Part shown: piece after piece, positions 21,001-30,740 of the stretch
How positions within the stretch are numbered: position 1 is the stretch's first letter
How the letters are laid out: each line of letters begins with the position of its first letter
NCBI GenBank assembly: GCA_963666285.1
Contig: OY762711.1
Origin: Sedimentisphaerales bacterium
GTDB taxonomy: Bacteria; Planctomycetota; Phycisphaerae; Sedimentisphaerales; SM23-30
Strand: one strand, 5' to 3'
Length of the DNA stretch: 64,000 bases
Notes under the pieces: generated by a model
Database searches by the model: none
What the model saw: only the letters and a program-made list of their open reading frames with translations
What the model was told of the DNA's origin: nothing
Translations under genes and position numbers: made by a program

Positions 21001-24000
21001 TGATATTACTTCTACAGCTACTCTGTCAGCGAAAACAGATCTTGCAGGTAGAATCGCTGTTACCGGCACTGTAAATATCCCTCTGACATTTGAAGGTGAT
21101 GTAACATCTACAATCACTGCTCAGTCATTTACAGGTGCTATCACAGTTGGTGGTGACCTGGGTGCTAATGTAAGTGCTATCTCTGGCACTACTGGTGTAA
21201 TTGGTAACATTTCTGCAGAAACAATAGGTAAAAACGGCAATGTTACTATCCAGGCTGATGACGGCATTGGTGCTATCACAACTACTGGTGCAATAGGTAC
21301 AACAGGTGCTAATACAGTAACAATTACTGCAGATCAGGACGGAGATAATACTGGTGATTTGACATCAGTAACTTCAGGCGGCTTAATGAGAGTTGCTATT
21401 ACTGGTGAAAACATTGGTGCTATCACATCAGGCGGAACTGCTGCCGATGATATTGAAGGTACAATTAGAGCTGCTAGTGATATCGACGGCGTTGATGCCG
21501 GTTTTGGTACAGTTATGGCTACAGTATCTGCCGGTGCCGCAACATCAGGTTCTCCATTAGCATGGGTTGTAGCTGAAGGTGTTACATACGCAGTATGGGC
21601 ATTGGATCCGACAACCGGCGCTGAAATGGCCGGAGTAACTGCAAATGTAGAATTTGCTCTTGATACAGCCGGCGACGGTGTTGACAATGCTGGTGATCAG
21701 CCAACAATTACAATTACCGGTATAACCGGCACAACAAGTGCTGCTCCAATTGATCTGAAAGTTGTTACAACAGCAGACAATGGTACAGCTACTCCAACAC
21801 TGACAGATGCAGATCTTGATATCGATGCGATTGGCAGTGATGTAATAGTTGCCTTATCTTCTGCTACACCTATATATATCAATGACCTTGATATTGAAGG
21901 CCAATATACAACATCTGGTTCAGACCCAGACATAATTGTTGCCGGTGCAACAACTGTTGAAGGTGGTATTGGTGGTACATTTACTCTGAATTTAGCTAAT
22001 CAGACCAGCTATACATTCAAGAGTATTGCTGCAAACACTACATTGACATTTACTGGTACTGGTACAGTTGATCCTACAATTACAATACTGGAAGGTATTG
22101 ACGATACAGGCGGAAATGTAACACTGACAATTGCGGGCAGTAATGTTGCCGCGTTAAATGTTGGTGATGCATCTCAGAACAAGACTGCTGATGTTGGTGC
22201 TGCAGGTGGTAACCTGACAACTATCAATGCCGGAACCAATACTATTGGTGAAATCGTCGTTGCAGGTAACCTGTATGGTACAGTTTCTGCTGCTTCTATC
22301 GGTAACGTTATCGTTGACGGTAACCTTGGCGATACAGTAGCTTCACAACTGCACGCAACTGCCGGAAGCATTGGTAATGTAAATGTCAAGGGCAGTATTG
22401 ACCTTACCTTGATCAAAGCAGAAAATGCTGCTGATCAGTCAACTGCAACTATAGGCTACATCGCAGCCGGTGCAAACCTTGCTGATGGTGCTAGCATGAC
22501 AATCAGTGCCGGTGGTGCTATCAGCGGTATCCATGCCGGCGGTTATATCGGTGATAATGGTGCCGGACATCTGGTTACAATTACTACTCTAAATGGTGGT
22601 ATAGCTGAGATTATTGCTGACGGTAATGATGGTGTCGACGATGCGATGAACTTAGACGTTGATGTTGCTGGCGATATTGATCTGATCAGTGCTAACAGTG
22701 ACGGCAATGCACCTATCGAAGGTGTTAAGATTCAGTCTCGTACAGGTAATATTGGTACTATCCAGACTGTTGACTCTGCTATTGATATCGATATCAAGGC
22801 TCTTGCCGGAGATATTGATAATATCCTGGTTAACGATGGTCCGACCGATGCCGACCTGGTTGCATCTGCTGGTATTGCCAATAACCTGACAATTCTGGCT
22901 GGTGGCGATATCGATTCTATCGTTGCCAATGCTATTGGAGCATTGACAACAATCACAGCCGAAGCAGCAACAGCTAATTCTCCTGTAACAACATGGCTGA
23001 TCGGTACAACACTTTATAGCCTGGAAGCCGAAGGTGGTACAGATAATACTACATACGGTTATAACTGGGTTAACGGTGTTCTTGATCTGACAATCAATAA
23101 TGCAGCTGATGCAGATGCAACTGATGACACATTGATTGAAATCAGTTTGACAACTGAGTATTCAGTAGGTGTTACAGACGCTGATAACGAAATGTTGGAT
23201 GATACTCAGTTTGATCTTGCAACTCTGAACTTTACTGCTGGCAGTATAGCAGATGACCTGGCTTCTCTGACTGTTGAAGGTGAGATTACCGGTCTGGTTC
23301 AGATTGGTTCTGTAGCAACTCTGCTTGTTGAAGGTAACGTTGCCCAGCCAATCCAGATAGTTGACAATGCTGCTAATCCGATTGAAGCTGTAGCTATGGC
23401 AACTGCTATGGGTGTTGATGACCCGGATGCAACAGCATTGGCCCAGATGTTCTCTGGTACTGCTGTTGCCTTTGAAGCTCCTGCTGTTGGCACAACATAC
23501 CAGGTACCAGTTACAGGTGCAAATGGTGATGTCAGCTTTGCAATCTATGATGCAGAATCAAGTGCATTTATAACTCCTGTTGTTCTGAGCCTGGGTAACG
23601 ATGGTGCAGGTAATGACGCAGTAGGTTTCTTTGATGTAACTGTTCTTGAAGGTGATGCATTGGATATTGATGCCGCTCGTTGGGCAGCAGGTGCTATCAC
23701 AATCGAAGGTGACCTTGATTATATTATCTTTGGTACTAATGTTGACGCAGTAACTATTACTGGTTCTATCCTTGAAGGTGCCGGTATTAACGCTTATAAC
23801 ATTGACGCTATCAATATTGGTGTAAATAACTCATTTACTGGTGGCGATCTGAATGGTTTCATTAGAGTTGTTATGCCTGATGATGAACAGTTTGACTTGG
23901 AACTTGATGGTGACTTCGATGCGGCTGACACAGCTCTTATGGGAATGTGCGGCGCTATCACAGTATTTGGTTCTGTTGGAGCAACCGGTGAAATCTACGT

Positions 24001-26845
24001 TGAAGGCGACCTGACCAGCTTAACAGTTGGTGATGCTGACTTCGATTATGGTGAGCTCGATGCTATAGGAACCGATGAAACCAATGAAGATAACTTCAGT
24101 GACGATGGTTCTCTGGTAGGAACATTTGCCGGTAACCTTGCAGTATTAGGTGACAGTGGTAATATTACCAGCATGTCAACTCTTGGCGGTACCATCATGG
24201 TTGGTGGCGACTGTGGAGACCTGCTATCAACTTATGACGATGTTACTGCTAACATTTTCATCGGTGGTACAAACGGTGCTGACGATGTAGCAATTACCGG
24301 TGATGCAATCTCCGGCAACATCGTTGTTGGTGCTATCGGTGGTATCGATACTTTGACTCTGACTGTAAGAGAAGGAGTTGAAAACAACGATCAGGAAACT
24401 TACACAGTATCTTCTTCAGCCGGTCATGCCATAATGGTTAATATAGCTGCTGGAAACGTAACTGGTTCAGCTCTGACTGTTGATTCAATTACATCGTTCG
24501 GTCCTGCTACAGCTCTGAACGCTACATCAGCTAACTTTATGGATAACGTAACTGTTGATAATATCTTCTTCCTGGCTAATTCAGGTGCTGACTGTGAAAT
24601 AGACGTTGAAGGTACTATCGGCGATATCGTTGGTGCGGACGGACTACCTCAGTTCCAGTCATCAGCAACTATTATGGCAGGTATTTCAGCTAATTATGAT
24701 CTGTTGAAATATGATGCTGTAACTGCTTTGGATGCCGCTAACGATGATAATACCGATACTAATCTTGATCTTGAATTTACTACTAACCTGCTGGGTATTG
24801 ACAATATTGTCGCTACAGGTGACATCACAGTTACAAGCACAGCAGATGGTCAGTTGATTCTTGACAATACTGATTTCGGTAATGTTGTTTCACTTGACGG
24901 TGCAGTTACTATAGACCTGGATGCAGAAAATATCGGTCATGTATTTGCTTACGGCAATGTAGAAAATGGTAACCTGCTTGCTCAGGGTACTGTTGCTGTT
25001 GGTGATGCTACCGCTTTGACAGCATCTCTAACCACTTACGGCCTGACACTGCCAGCTAACTTTACTGGTGGTATCATGAGTGCTTCCGGTTATGTAGGTA
25101 ACGGTGCTCTGGTTATTACAGGCATGGACCTTAGTGCTCCAGAATATGCAACTGAAGGTTACGTAGTTGGTGCAGTAACGGCTCTTGTTGGTGATGTTGA
25201 TGCAGATATCAATGCGACCGGCGGTGACTTCGGCGGACTGATTATTCCTCTTGGTGACTATGAAGGTGCGTTAGCTGCTTCTGAAAACATTGACCTGATT
25301 CTAATACCGGGTTATGATGCAGCAGATGGTACCTACACTAACGGTGAGACAACAGCTGTAGCTGTTTCTCTGACAGTTGCTGAGGCTGCCGGTGACCTGG
25401 ATGCAGAGACCACATTGATTGCTGGTGAAACAGTAATTTCTAACGGTCAGAGCTATGATGATGGTAACCTGGAAGTTTCAACAGATGACTCAGGTGTTCT
25501 TGCTTATGTAAATAATGCTGGAAATGCTTTGACTGTTATTAACGGTCTGGCTGCAAATAACACAATTAGTGTTGTTGGTAACCTGACAACTCTTACAGTT
25601 GACGGTACCTGGGCTGGAACAGTTGATATGATGAGTGATTCTGCTGGTGCATTGGGTCAGACATCTGAAGCCACTGGTTATACAGTTGGTACAGTAAATG
25701 CTCTTGGTGATATTGATGCATCAACAGCTCAGTTGTTGGCGGTAGATTTCACTACCTTCAATCAGCCTGCTATGTACTCACTGATCAATGATAGTGCAAC
25801 TGACAATTTCGTAATTGGCGGTCAGCTAAATTCAGATAATAATTCAGTACAGTTTACTAACACAGCTGGTGAAACTCAGACTGTTGTATTGATTGCCGGT
25901 AAGGCAGTTGCAATGGACTATGAAATGTACTTTGGTAAGATCACTGAAGCTACTTTGACTGGTCGCGGTGGTGTTTCAATTGTAAGTACAACTGAAAATG
26001 TCGTTGGTGCTACAGCTAATGAAACTGTTAAGAATGCTAAGGCTGTTCTTAAGAATGCAGCTCGCTACGGTGTAAGTGCTGACGATGGTACAGCTAACCT
26101 TGGTGACATTTCAGTTCATGGCACAGATAAGGTTAATATCAATGGCATGGTTGTTGATGGTAATCTGACATCATTGAACAGCGGTCTTGCTGATGTTAAA
26201 GACCTGTATGTAAATGGTTCAGTTAGTGCATTGACTATTGGTGATGATATCAATAATGCCTTCATTAGTGGTCAGGTAACTGATTTGGTTGTTAAAGACT
26301 CTCTGAAGGATCTAACCATGCTTGGTACTGGTACAGCAAGCATTACAGCCAATAAGATTAACAATCTGTATGTAGATGGTGCTATCAATGATCTACAGGC
26401 TTCTGTTGCAAGTAAGGTCGTAATTGATGGTAATGTTAACCTTGACTTTACAGCTGTAAAAGCTTCAGATGTAGTTATTGACGGTAATATTACTGACTTC
26501 TCAGTTGCTAATATTAACGGACTTATTATCGATGGCAATGCTACTAATTTCCATGCTGCTAACATCAAGAATGCTTCAGTTAGTGAAGTTGGTACTCTCA
26601 CAATGCAGAGTAATGGTTCTATCATTAACTCTACATTTGCGGAAGGTGCTGCTGGTAACGTTGATACTACTAAGAGGATCACTTACATGGCTGCTGCTAA
26701 TGGTACAGGAGCTGGTGGTGCAGTTGGTGATTTGGTACTTAAGAAGGTTGGAGTCAGAAACAATCCTGATTATATCAAGGTTCGTAATTCTGCTCTTGAT
26801 CCTGCCCTGTTTGCTAACAGTGCTCCAGTTGTATACATGGACTAA
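18059..26845 (+). CDS. Giant acidic Gly/Thr/Ala-rich surface protein (S-layer or adhesin-like) with LEPR-XLL-like N-terminal motif
   Basis: 2928 aa; basic N-terminus ending RFRVEELEDRIAPA; repeated GxIxA beta-strand motifs; AAGGAG RBS; strong GGT/GCT/ACT codon preference. Confidence 0.85.
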   Translation: MANGLSKLIKRARKANESNILAKLARNRFRVEELEDRIAPAAGAITNTGAALSNGNLTYTLGSGDDVTLDLGTDQYTITTSGGYTGEGVSITFDAVSGSATKITEIDFGSSVALDAATTLTITSNNGAVTNTLTVDSVVDTNDNTGTASIVFTNNAIMSALSVGTVTLSNTGIANWESGAVTGITTETVSGSMTVGAVGATGITASSSFAGSLTVTGSLAGPVTSANGIGAVTLEAGSTAAGAITATSGAITSITIGNGAGANDITVAGDIEAAGSIGAINGTTGEGTIAISGAITAGTNLAAIGDSNDYIDGITGAITAQTIAGINMSGNLTGGVTASGGAGTIGSIDIGSGTLGTVSATGTTGSIGDITAAAITGGITATDSDTGGTDNAIGAIITSGAVSGNISGYSIDDLAITGALSGTITVVNGFDDNNGLAIGSVSSTGGIVVTTGDLDGSDDIAVSGDMAGSITATAGAIAADVTITGALTGKIEATAGSISGAITAKSISGGTETTPNIKANTSVGNIIVTDGDFGGYAVSSTTMGNIDVRDGNLSATVVSGSTIGTIDVTDDVENNGTTETTDDGNISGTITATGTIGEIVIEDTLSGTITASGYSGAISTGADEAVDDPSALPSGGISSTGSITATTGNFAELIRIYDGGMAGTITATDGDILGGIQILDTVTSSTTNGVDNDAVLSGTVSAGDEIKTGAITISDGISSTGQISATTDLASDITVTEGGMAGTITSATLVSGDITISDGGMSGTISATGTSADISGQIQILDSDADDDGTFSGTISALGTISGAGISVSDGITSTGAVSAVDDISATVTVTDGGMAGTISATTLISGELIVTDGGMSGTLTSASLAGCDITIGDGATAADDTDDTLSGTIQATSSNGVNVIDSPIKIDGGITADGKIISGDNISSAITIGTGSTTADMAGKIEASGDVTSAIVIDDDLSGTIQALTGAFGTGDNAFLTVGGDITSTATLSAKTDLAGRIAVTGTVNIPLTFEGDVTSTITAQSFTGAITVGGDLGANVSAISGTTGVIGNISAETIGKNGNVTIQADDGIGAITTTGAIGTTGANTVTITADQDGDNTGDLTSVTSGGLMRVAITGENIGAITSGGTAADDIEGTIRAASDIDGVDAGFGTVMATVSAGAATSGSPLAWVVAEGVTYAVWALDPTTGAEMAGVTANVEFALDTAGDGVDNAGDQPTITITGITGTTSAAPIDLKVVTTADNGTATPTLTDADLDIDAIGSDVIVALSSATPIYINDLDIEGQYTTSGSDPDIIVAGATTVEGGIGGTFTLNLANQTSYTFKSIAANTTLTFTGTGTVDPTITILEGIDDTGGNVTLTIAGSNVAALNVGDASQNKTADVGAAGGNLTTINAGTNTIGEIVVAGNLYGTVSAASIGNVIVDGNLGDTVASQLHATAGSIGNVNVKGSIDLTLIKAENAADQSTATIGYIAAGANLADGASMTISAGGAISGIHAGGYIGDNGAGHLVTITTLNGGIAEIIADGNDGVDDAMNLDVDVAGDIDLISANSDGNAPIEGVKIQSRTGNIGTIQTVDSAIDIDIKALAGDIDNILVNDGPTDADLVASAGIANNLTILAGGDIDSIVANAIGALTTITAEAATANSPVTTWLIGTTLYSLEAEGGTDNTTYGYNWVNGVLDLTINNAADADATDDTLIEISLTTEYSVGVTDADNEMLDDTQFDLATLNFTAGSIADDLASLTVEGEITGLVQIGSVATLLVEGNVAQPIQIVDNAANPIEAVAMATAMGVDDPDATALAQMFSGTAVAFEAPAVGTTYQVPVTGANGDVSFAIYDAESSAFITPVVLSLGNDGAGNDAVGFFDVTVLEGDALDIDAARWAAGAITIEGDLDYIIFGTNVDAVTITGSILEGAGINAYNIDAINIGVNNSFTGGDLNGFIRVVMPDDEQFDLELDGDFDAADTALMGMCGAITVFGSVGATGEIYVEGDLTSLTVGDADFDYGELDAIGTDETNEDNFSDDGSLVGTFAGNLAVLGDSGNITSMSTLGGTIMVGGDCGDLLSTYDDVTANIFIGGTNGADDVAITGDAISGNIVVGAIGGIDTLTLTVREGVENNDQETYTVSSSAGHAIMVNIAAGNVTGSALTVDSITSFGPATALNATSANFMDNVTVDNIFFLANSGADCEIDVEGTIGDIVGADGLPQFQSSATIMAGISANYDLLKYDAVTALDAANDDNTDTNLDLEFTTNLLGIDNIVATGDITVTSTADGQLILDNTDFGNVVSLDGAVTIDLDAENIGHVFAYGNVENGNLLAQGTVAVGDATALTASLTTYGLTLPANFTGGIMSASGYVGNGALVITGMDLSAPEYATEGYVVGAVTALVGDVDADINATGGDFGGLIIPLGDYEGALAASENIDLILIPGYDAADGTYTNGETTAVAVSLTVAEAAGDLDAETTLIAGETVISNGQSYDDGNLEVSTDDSGVLAYVNNAGNALTVINGLAANNTISVVGNLTTLTVDGTWAGTVDMMSDSAGALGQTSEATGYTVGTVNALGDIDASTAQLLAVDFTTFNQPAMYSLINDSATDNFVIGGQLNSDNNSVQFTNTAGETQTVVLIAGKAVAMDYEMYFGKITEATLTGRGGVSIVSTTENVVGATANETVKNAKAVLKNAARYGVSADDGTANLGDISVHGTDKVNINGMVVDGNLTSLNSGLADVKDLYVNGSVSALTIGDDINNAFISGQVTDLVVKDSLKDLTMLGTGTASITANKINNLYVDGAINDLQASVASKVVIDGNVNLDFTAVKASDVVIDGNITDFSVANINGLIIDGNATNFHAANIKNASVSEVGTLTMQSNGSIINSTFAEGAAGNVDTTKRITYMAAANGTGAGGAVGDLVLKKVGVRNNPDYIKVRNSALDPALFANSAPVVYMD

Positions 26846-26888
26846 TAATCTGACCAAGGTTAGACGTAATAGTCTATATTGTAAAATT

Positions 26889-26922
26889 AAAAGGTCTCCG
26901 GCTTTGCCGGGGGCCTTTTTTT
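26889..26922 (+). terminator. Rho-independent terminator
   Basis: AAGGTCTCCGGC-TTT-GCCGGGGGCCTTTTTTT. Confidence 0.88.
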
Positions 26923-27245
26923 GTGTCCAAAGCTTAGATGTTGAGTAGTTTTCTCACTTGTACTAATGCAAACAATTATCTGGTGCTACCATATTTGTAA
27001 CAGGATGTTTGTTTAATTATTTAATTGAGTTCGATTTGAAATATCTATAAAGCATATATTTGCATATGGGCCTACCTGAAAATATTCAATTTCTCTAGAA
27101 TTTATAAGTATTTGCTATCAAAAGTGTAATCTTATGTTTGCATTATTTCGTTATCATAAAATATCTGTTATTGGCCATTTTCTTGTAACTTTCCAGGCAC
27201 ATCTGTCGTAATAAAGGTAAATCGTTACTCCCGGTAACAAATGTC

Positions 27246-27273
27246 TTGACATTTTGGGATTTTGGAGTATAAT
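27246..27273 (+). promoter_or_regulatory. sigma70-type promoter of folC
   Basis: TTGACA-N16-TATAAT. Confidence 0.75.
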
Positions 27274-27493
27274 TTGCTAATCTGCCAGTCTATTCTGGCT
27301 TTGACAAGACGGTTACTACAGTACCGGTTGAAGTTATAATGTTAGCAGATAAAAAATTTGTGTGGCGTGAGAGTAAAACACCACAGATGGGGCGTTGGTT
27401 ATTGATGGAATTTATGGTGAAAAATGGAATAAGTAATGTTAAACAAAACCTAAGTTCCTGTTAATAATCAACTTGAAGAAAAAGTAAGGAAAA

Positions 27494-28975
27494 ATGGCTA
27501 CTACCAGAAAAATCACACGGAAGAAGAGCTCAAAAACTGAACTACTAAAACCTGCCGAGAAAGCCAACCCAAACAGAACTAAAACTACCCGTAGATCATC
27601 TGCAATAAAAAGTTATGATGATGCATTGGAGTTTCTGTTTAGCAATACAAATTACGAAAATGCCAAGCGTTTCAGGTATAACGCTGACACTTTCAACCTT
27701 GACAGGATGTATCGCTTGTTGGAGCCTCTAAAGGATCCGCACACCAAACTGGCTGCGATTCACGTTGCCGGTACCAAGGGTAAGGGTTCTACTTGTATGA
27801 TGCTCTCAAACATGCTTTCTGCCAATGGCTATAAAGTTGGACTTTATACCTCTCCACATGTAATTGATATTCGTGAGCGAATCAAGATAAATGATGTGAT
27901 GATCAGTGAAGAAGATATGACAAAGCTGATCAAAAAGGTCTCAACTGTTGTTAAGAGCATGCAGGATGATCCGCCTACCTTTTTCGAGATATTAACTGCT
28001 ATGGCATTGTTCTACTTTGCGAAGGAAAAGGTAGATTTTGCTATAATGGAGACAGGTCTTGGCGGCAGGCTTGACAGTACCAATGTTGTCAATCCGATAG
28101 CCGTTGGGCTGACAAGTATTAGTATGGACCATCATCGTCAGCTTGGCAATACAGTGCGTGAGATTGCTGCTGAAAAAGCAGGAATTATCAAAAAGGGCGT
28201 ACCAACTGTATCTGTTCTGCAGGATCCTGATGTGATGGATATCATCAAAAAACAGGCAAATTCCCTTAAGGCACCTCTGGTATTTACCGGCAAAGAGATC
28301 GATTTTTCTTGCAGGTTCGAATCTTCCAGGGAGCTTGGCCCGCATAATAGAATATGCTTGTCAACCCCAACCAGCCAGTATGACCATTTGCCGGTACCTT
28401 TGTATGGTGAGCATCAGGCCGAAAACTGTGGCCTTGCCTTGGCAATTCTGGATATTTTGAAGACTAGTGGCTACAAAATCGATGATAAGTTGGTGGTCTC
28501 TGGTCTTGCAGAGACCAAACTACCCGGCAGGATGGAAATAGTATGTGAGAATCCGCGTGTTTTAATCGACGCGGCTCATAATTCATCCAGTATGAGAGCT
28601 TTAGTGCATGCTATCGGACAGCACATACCATATGATTCAATGGTAGTTATTTTTGGCTGCTGTGAGGATAAAGATGTTGATGGTATGCTGCGTGAGCTAA
28701 GATATGGCGCAGATAAAGTTATTTTTACCAGGATTAAGTCTCCACGATCGATGGATCCGGAGATTTTAGCTGCAAAATACACCGAACTTAGTGGTAAAAT
28801 GTGCCAGACAGCTCTTACGTTCCGTAAGGCAATGGAAATTGCTGAGCCGGCGGTAACCCAGGGTGACATTATATGTGTTACCGGCAGCTTCTACCTTATT
28901 GGTGAGGCTAAGAAAATTATGGAAGCTCGGGTAGCAGCTGAGAAAGAAGCAGAAGCAGCGGCTGCGTCGGCGTAG
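27494..28975 (+). CDS. folC: Folylpolyglutamate synthase / dihydrofolate synthase
   Basis: HVAGTKGKGS, GLYTSPH, ETGLGGRLDSTN, EKAGIIK, LPGRME, DAAHN, TGSFYLIG; basic N-terminal extension. Confidence 0.95.
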   Translation: MATTRKITRKKSSKTELLKPAEKANPNRTKTTRRSSAIKSYDDALEFLFSNTNYENAKRFRYNADTFNLDRMYRLLEPLKDPHTKLAAIHVAGTKGKGSTCMMLSNMLSANGYKVGLYTSPHVIDIRERIKINDVMISEEDMTKLIKKVSTVVKSMQDDPPTFFEILTAMALFYFAKEKVDFAIMETGLGGRLDSTNVVNPIAVGLTSISMDHHRQLGNTVREIAAEKAGIIKKGVPTVSVLQDPDVMDIIKKQANSLKAPLVFTGKEIDFSCRFESSRELGPHNRICLSTPTSQYDHLPVPLYGEHQAENCGLALAILDILKTSGYKIDDKLVVSGLAETKLPGRMEIVCENPRVLIDAAHNSSSMRALVHAIGQHIPYDSMVVIFGCCEDKDVDGMLRELRYGADKVIFTRIKSPRSMDPEILAAKYTELSGKMCQTALTFRKAMEIAEPAVTQGDIICVTGSFYLIGEAKKIMEARVAAEKEAEAAAASA

Positions 28976-29006
28976 TGTTGTGCTGCTTAGTAATTATCGA
29001 ATTATT

Positions 29007-29043
29007 AAAGGCAACAGTTTGTTATAACTAGTTGCCTTTTTTA
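29007..29043 (+). terminator. Rho-independent terminator after folC
   Basis: AAAGGCAAC...GTTGCCTTTTTT. Confidence 0.7.
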
Positions 29044-29179
29044 TATTTAAATTGAATTGTTATAGTATTTTGACCAGATATTATCATAGATCTTATTATG
29101 ATCATCTATAGTTTTTTCTTTATAAACGTGTCATATTAGCTAAAATTTGTAATTTAAGCTCTATTGAAACAAGCAGCGA

Positions 29180-30184
29180 ATGTCTTATGCTGCAAGCTAT
29201 GTAGATAATGAGGTAATAGTGAGCGACGAAATCGAAAAAATCGAGTCAGAAGGTTTGTCAGAAGACGATAAAGCAGATATCGAAGCAGAGTCTAAGGGTA
29301 ATAATTCATCAGTGGATGAATTAGATGAAACTGCTGCTGAAAGTGTCGACGATCTTTCAGAAGCTTATTCAAATGTAGTCACAGAATCCGGTAATGGGAA
29401 GGAAGAGGATTCTGATCAGAATAATCCTGATGCAACTGATGACGAATCTTTAGACAGTGAACCTGGTACTGAGCAGGATGAAAAGTTGGCAGAAGAGAAC
29501 TCTGTTGATAAAGAAGATATTGAAGAAGAGCAGGAGCAATCTGTTGAAAGTGAATCTATATCAGGTTCAACTATGGAAACTGAGGTACAGCCGGAAGATG
29601 TTGACGATAGTGAAGATGAAGATTCAGAAGATTCTGGTAATGAGGAAGGCATTTCAGAGTCAGAATCGGTTGAGATATCAACATGTTCAGTGATTGAGGC
29701 AATATTATTTGCTGCTGATGAGCCGGTAAATGCTCGTAAACTGGTCGAAATTCTAAATGCCGGTGGTGTTAAGGAAGTCAAAAAGCATATAAAGGATCTT
29801 AATAAGAAATATAAGAAAATGGATTGTGCTTTCAGGATAGAAGAATTGGCGGGAGGGTATCAGCTATTGACACTTTCGGCATATAAGCCATGGTTGAGCA
29901 AGTTGATAAAAGTTCGCAGTGAAAGTAAGCTTACCTCTGCTGCTATGGAAACACTTTCTATTATAGCGTATAAACAGCCGATAATGCGGGTTGAAATTGA
30001 AAATATTCGCGGTGTGGCTGCTGGTGAAATGATTCGCCAGCTTATTGAAAAAGGCATGGTTAAGATAGTTGGCAGGGCAGAAGAACTAGGTCGTCCATTG
30101 CTGTATGGAACAACCCAGAAATTCCTCGATATTTTCGGGCTGGGCAGTCTGAAAGATTTACCGCAGCCGGAAGAGCAGAAATAA
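29180..30184 (+). CDS. scpB: SMC-Scp subunit ScpB with long acidic N-terminal extension
   Basis: IEAILFAADEP, AGGYQL, ETLSIIAYKQP, IENIRGV, GRPLLYGTT; start may be GTG 29219. Confidence 0.92.
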   Translation: MSYAASYVDNEVIVSDEIEKIESEGLSEDDKADIEAESKGNNSSVDELDETAAESVDDLSEAYSNVVTESGNGKEEDSDQNNPDATDDESLDSEPGTEQDEKLAEENSVDKEDIEEEQEQSVESESISGSTMETEVQPEDVDDSEDEDSEDSGNEEGISESESVEISTCSVIEAILFAADEPVNARKLVEILNAGGVKEVKKHIKDLNKKYKKMDCAFRIEELAGGYQLLTLSAYKPWLSKLIKVRSESKLTSAAMETLSIIAYKQPIMRVEIENIRGVAAGEMIRQLIEKGMVKIVGRAEELGRPLLYGTTQKFLDIFGLGSLKDLPQPEEQK

Positions 30185-30226
30185 CTATTCGGGTTGATAT
30201 AATTATTTATGCAAATTGGTTTTACA

Positions 30227-30457
30227 TCAACTCTCCCGGATAACATGGATGCCATAAGCAGTAAGTAATCCGCCGGATATTGCTTTCGCGCCAAGGTATG
30301 TCCAATAAAGGTCAGCTTTTTGGCTTCTTTCTACAGTGACAACTCCTCTGTCAGGTCCTCGACGTTTATAGTATATGGCTTTTCCAGAAATAAGCTCCCA
30401 GCCGCAAATCAGTAAAAACAATATTCCAATTATCAATGATGTATATTTGCCTCTCAT
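30227..30457 (-). CDS. Small two-TM hypothetical protein
   Basis: 76-aa ORF with two hydrophobic helices. Confidence 0.6.
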   Translation of the reverse strand: MRGKYTSLIIGILFLLICGWELISGKAIYYKRRGPDRGVVTVERSQKADLYWTYLGAKAISGGLLTAYGIHVIRES

Positions 30458-30740
30458 TTGCTTTATCTTTCATGTAAGCATGATAGTTTCAGTTTAAACA
30501 ATTAGGTACTGATATCCTTTTAATTAATCGGTAAAAACACAACAAAACCCAGCCATATATATTAATAAAACATATCAGTGCTTATCGTAGCAAAAGAACT
30601 AATAAAAACCAAGTAATATATGTTAAATAAAGCATATATGAATTGGTTTAATATTTTTGTCAATTGTGGTATAATTCAGAGTTTGTAATACAGACAAGGG
30701 AATATGTTATTTAATTTAACTTTAGTGGAAGCAAATATTT

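Noticed and set aside
18307..26948. Many antisense and alternate-frame ORFs inside the giant gene
   Set aside because: Shadow ORFs caused by biased codon usage; no RBS or recognisable motifs
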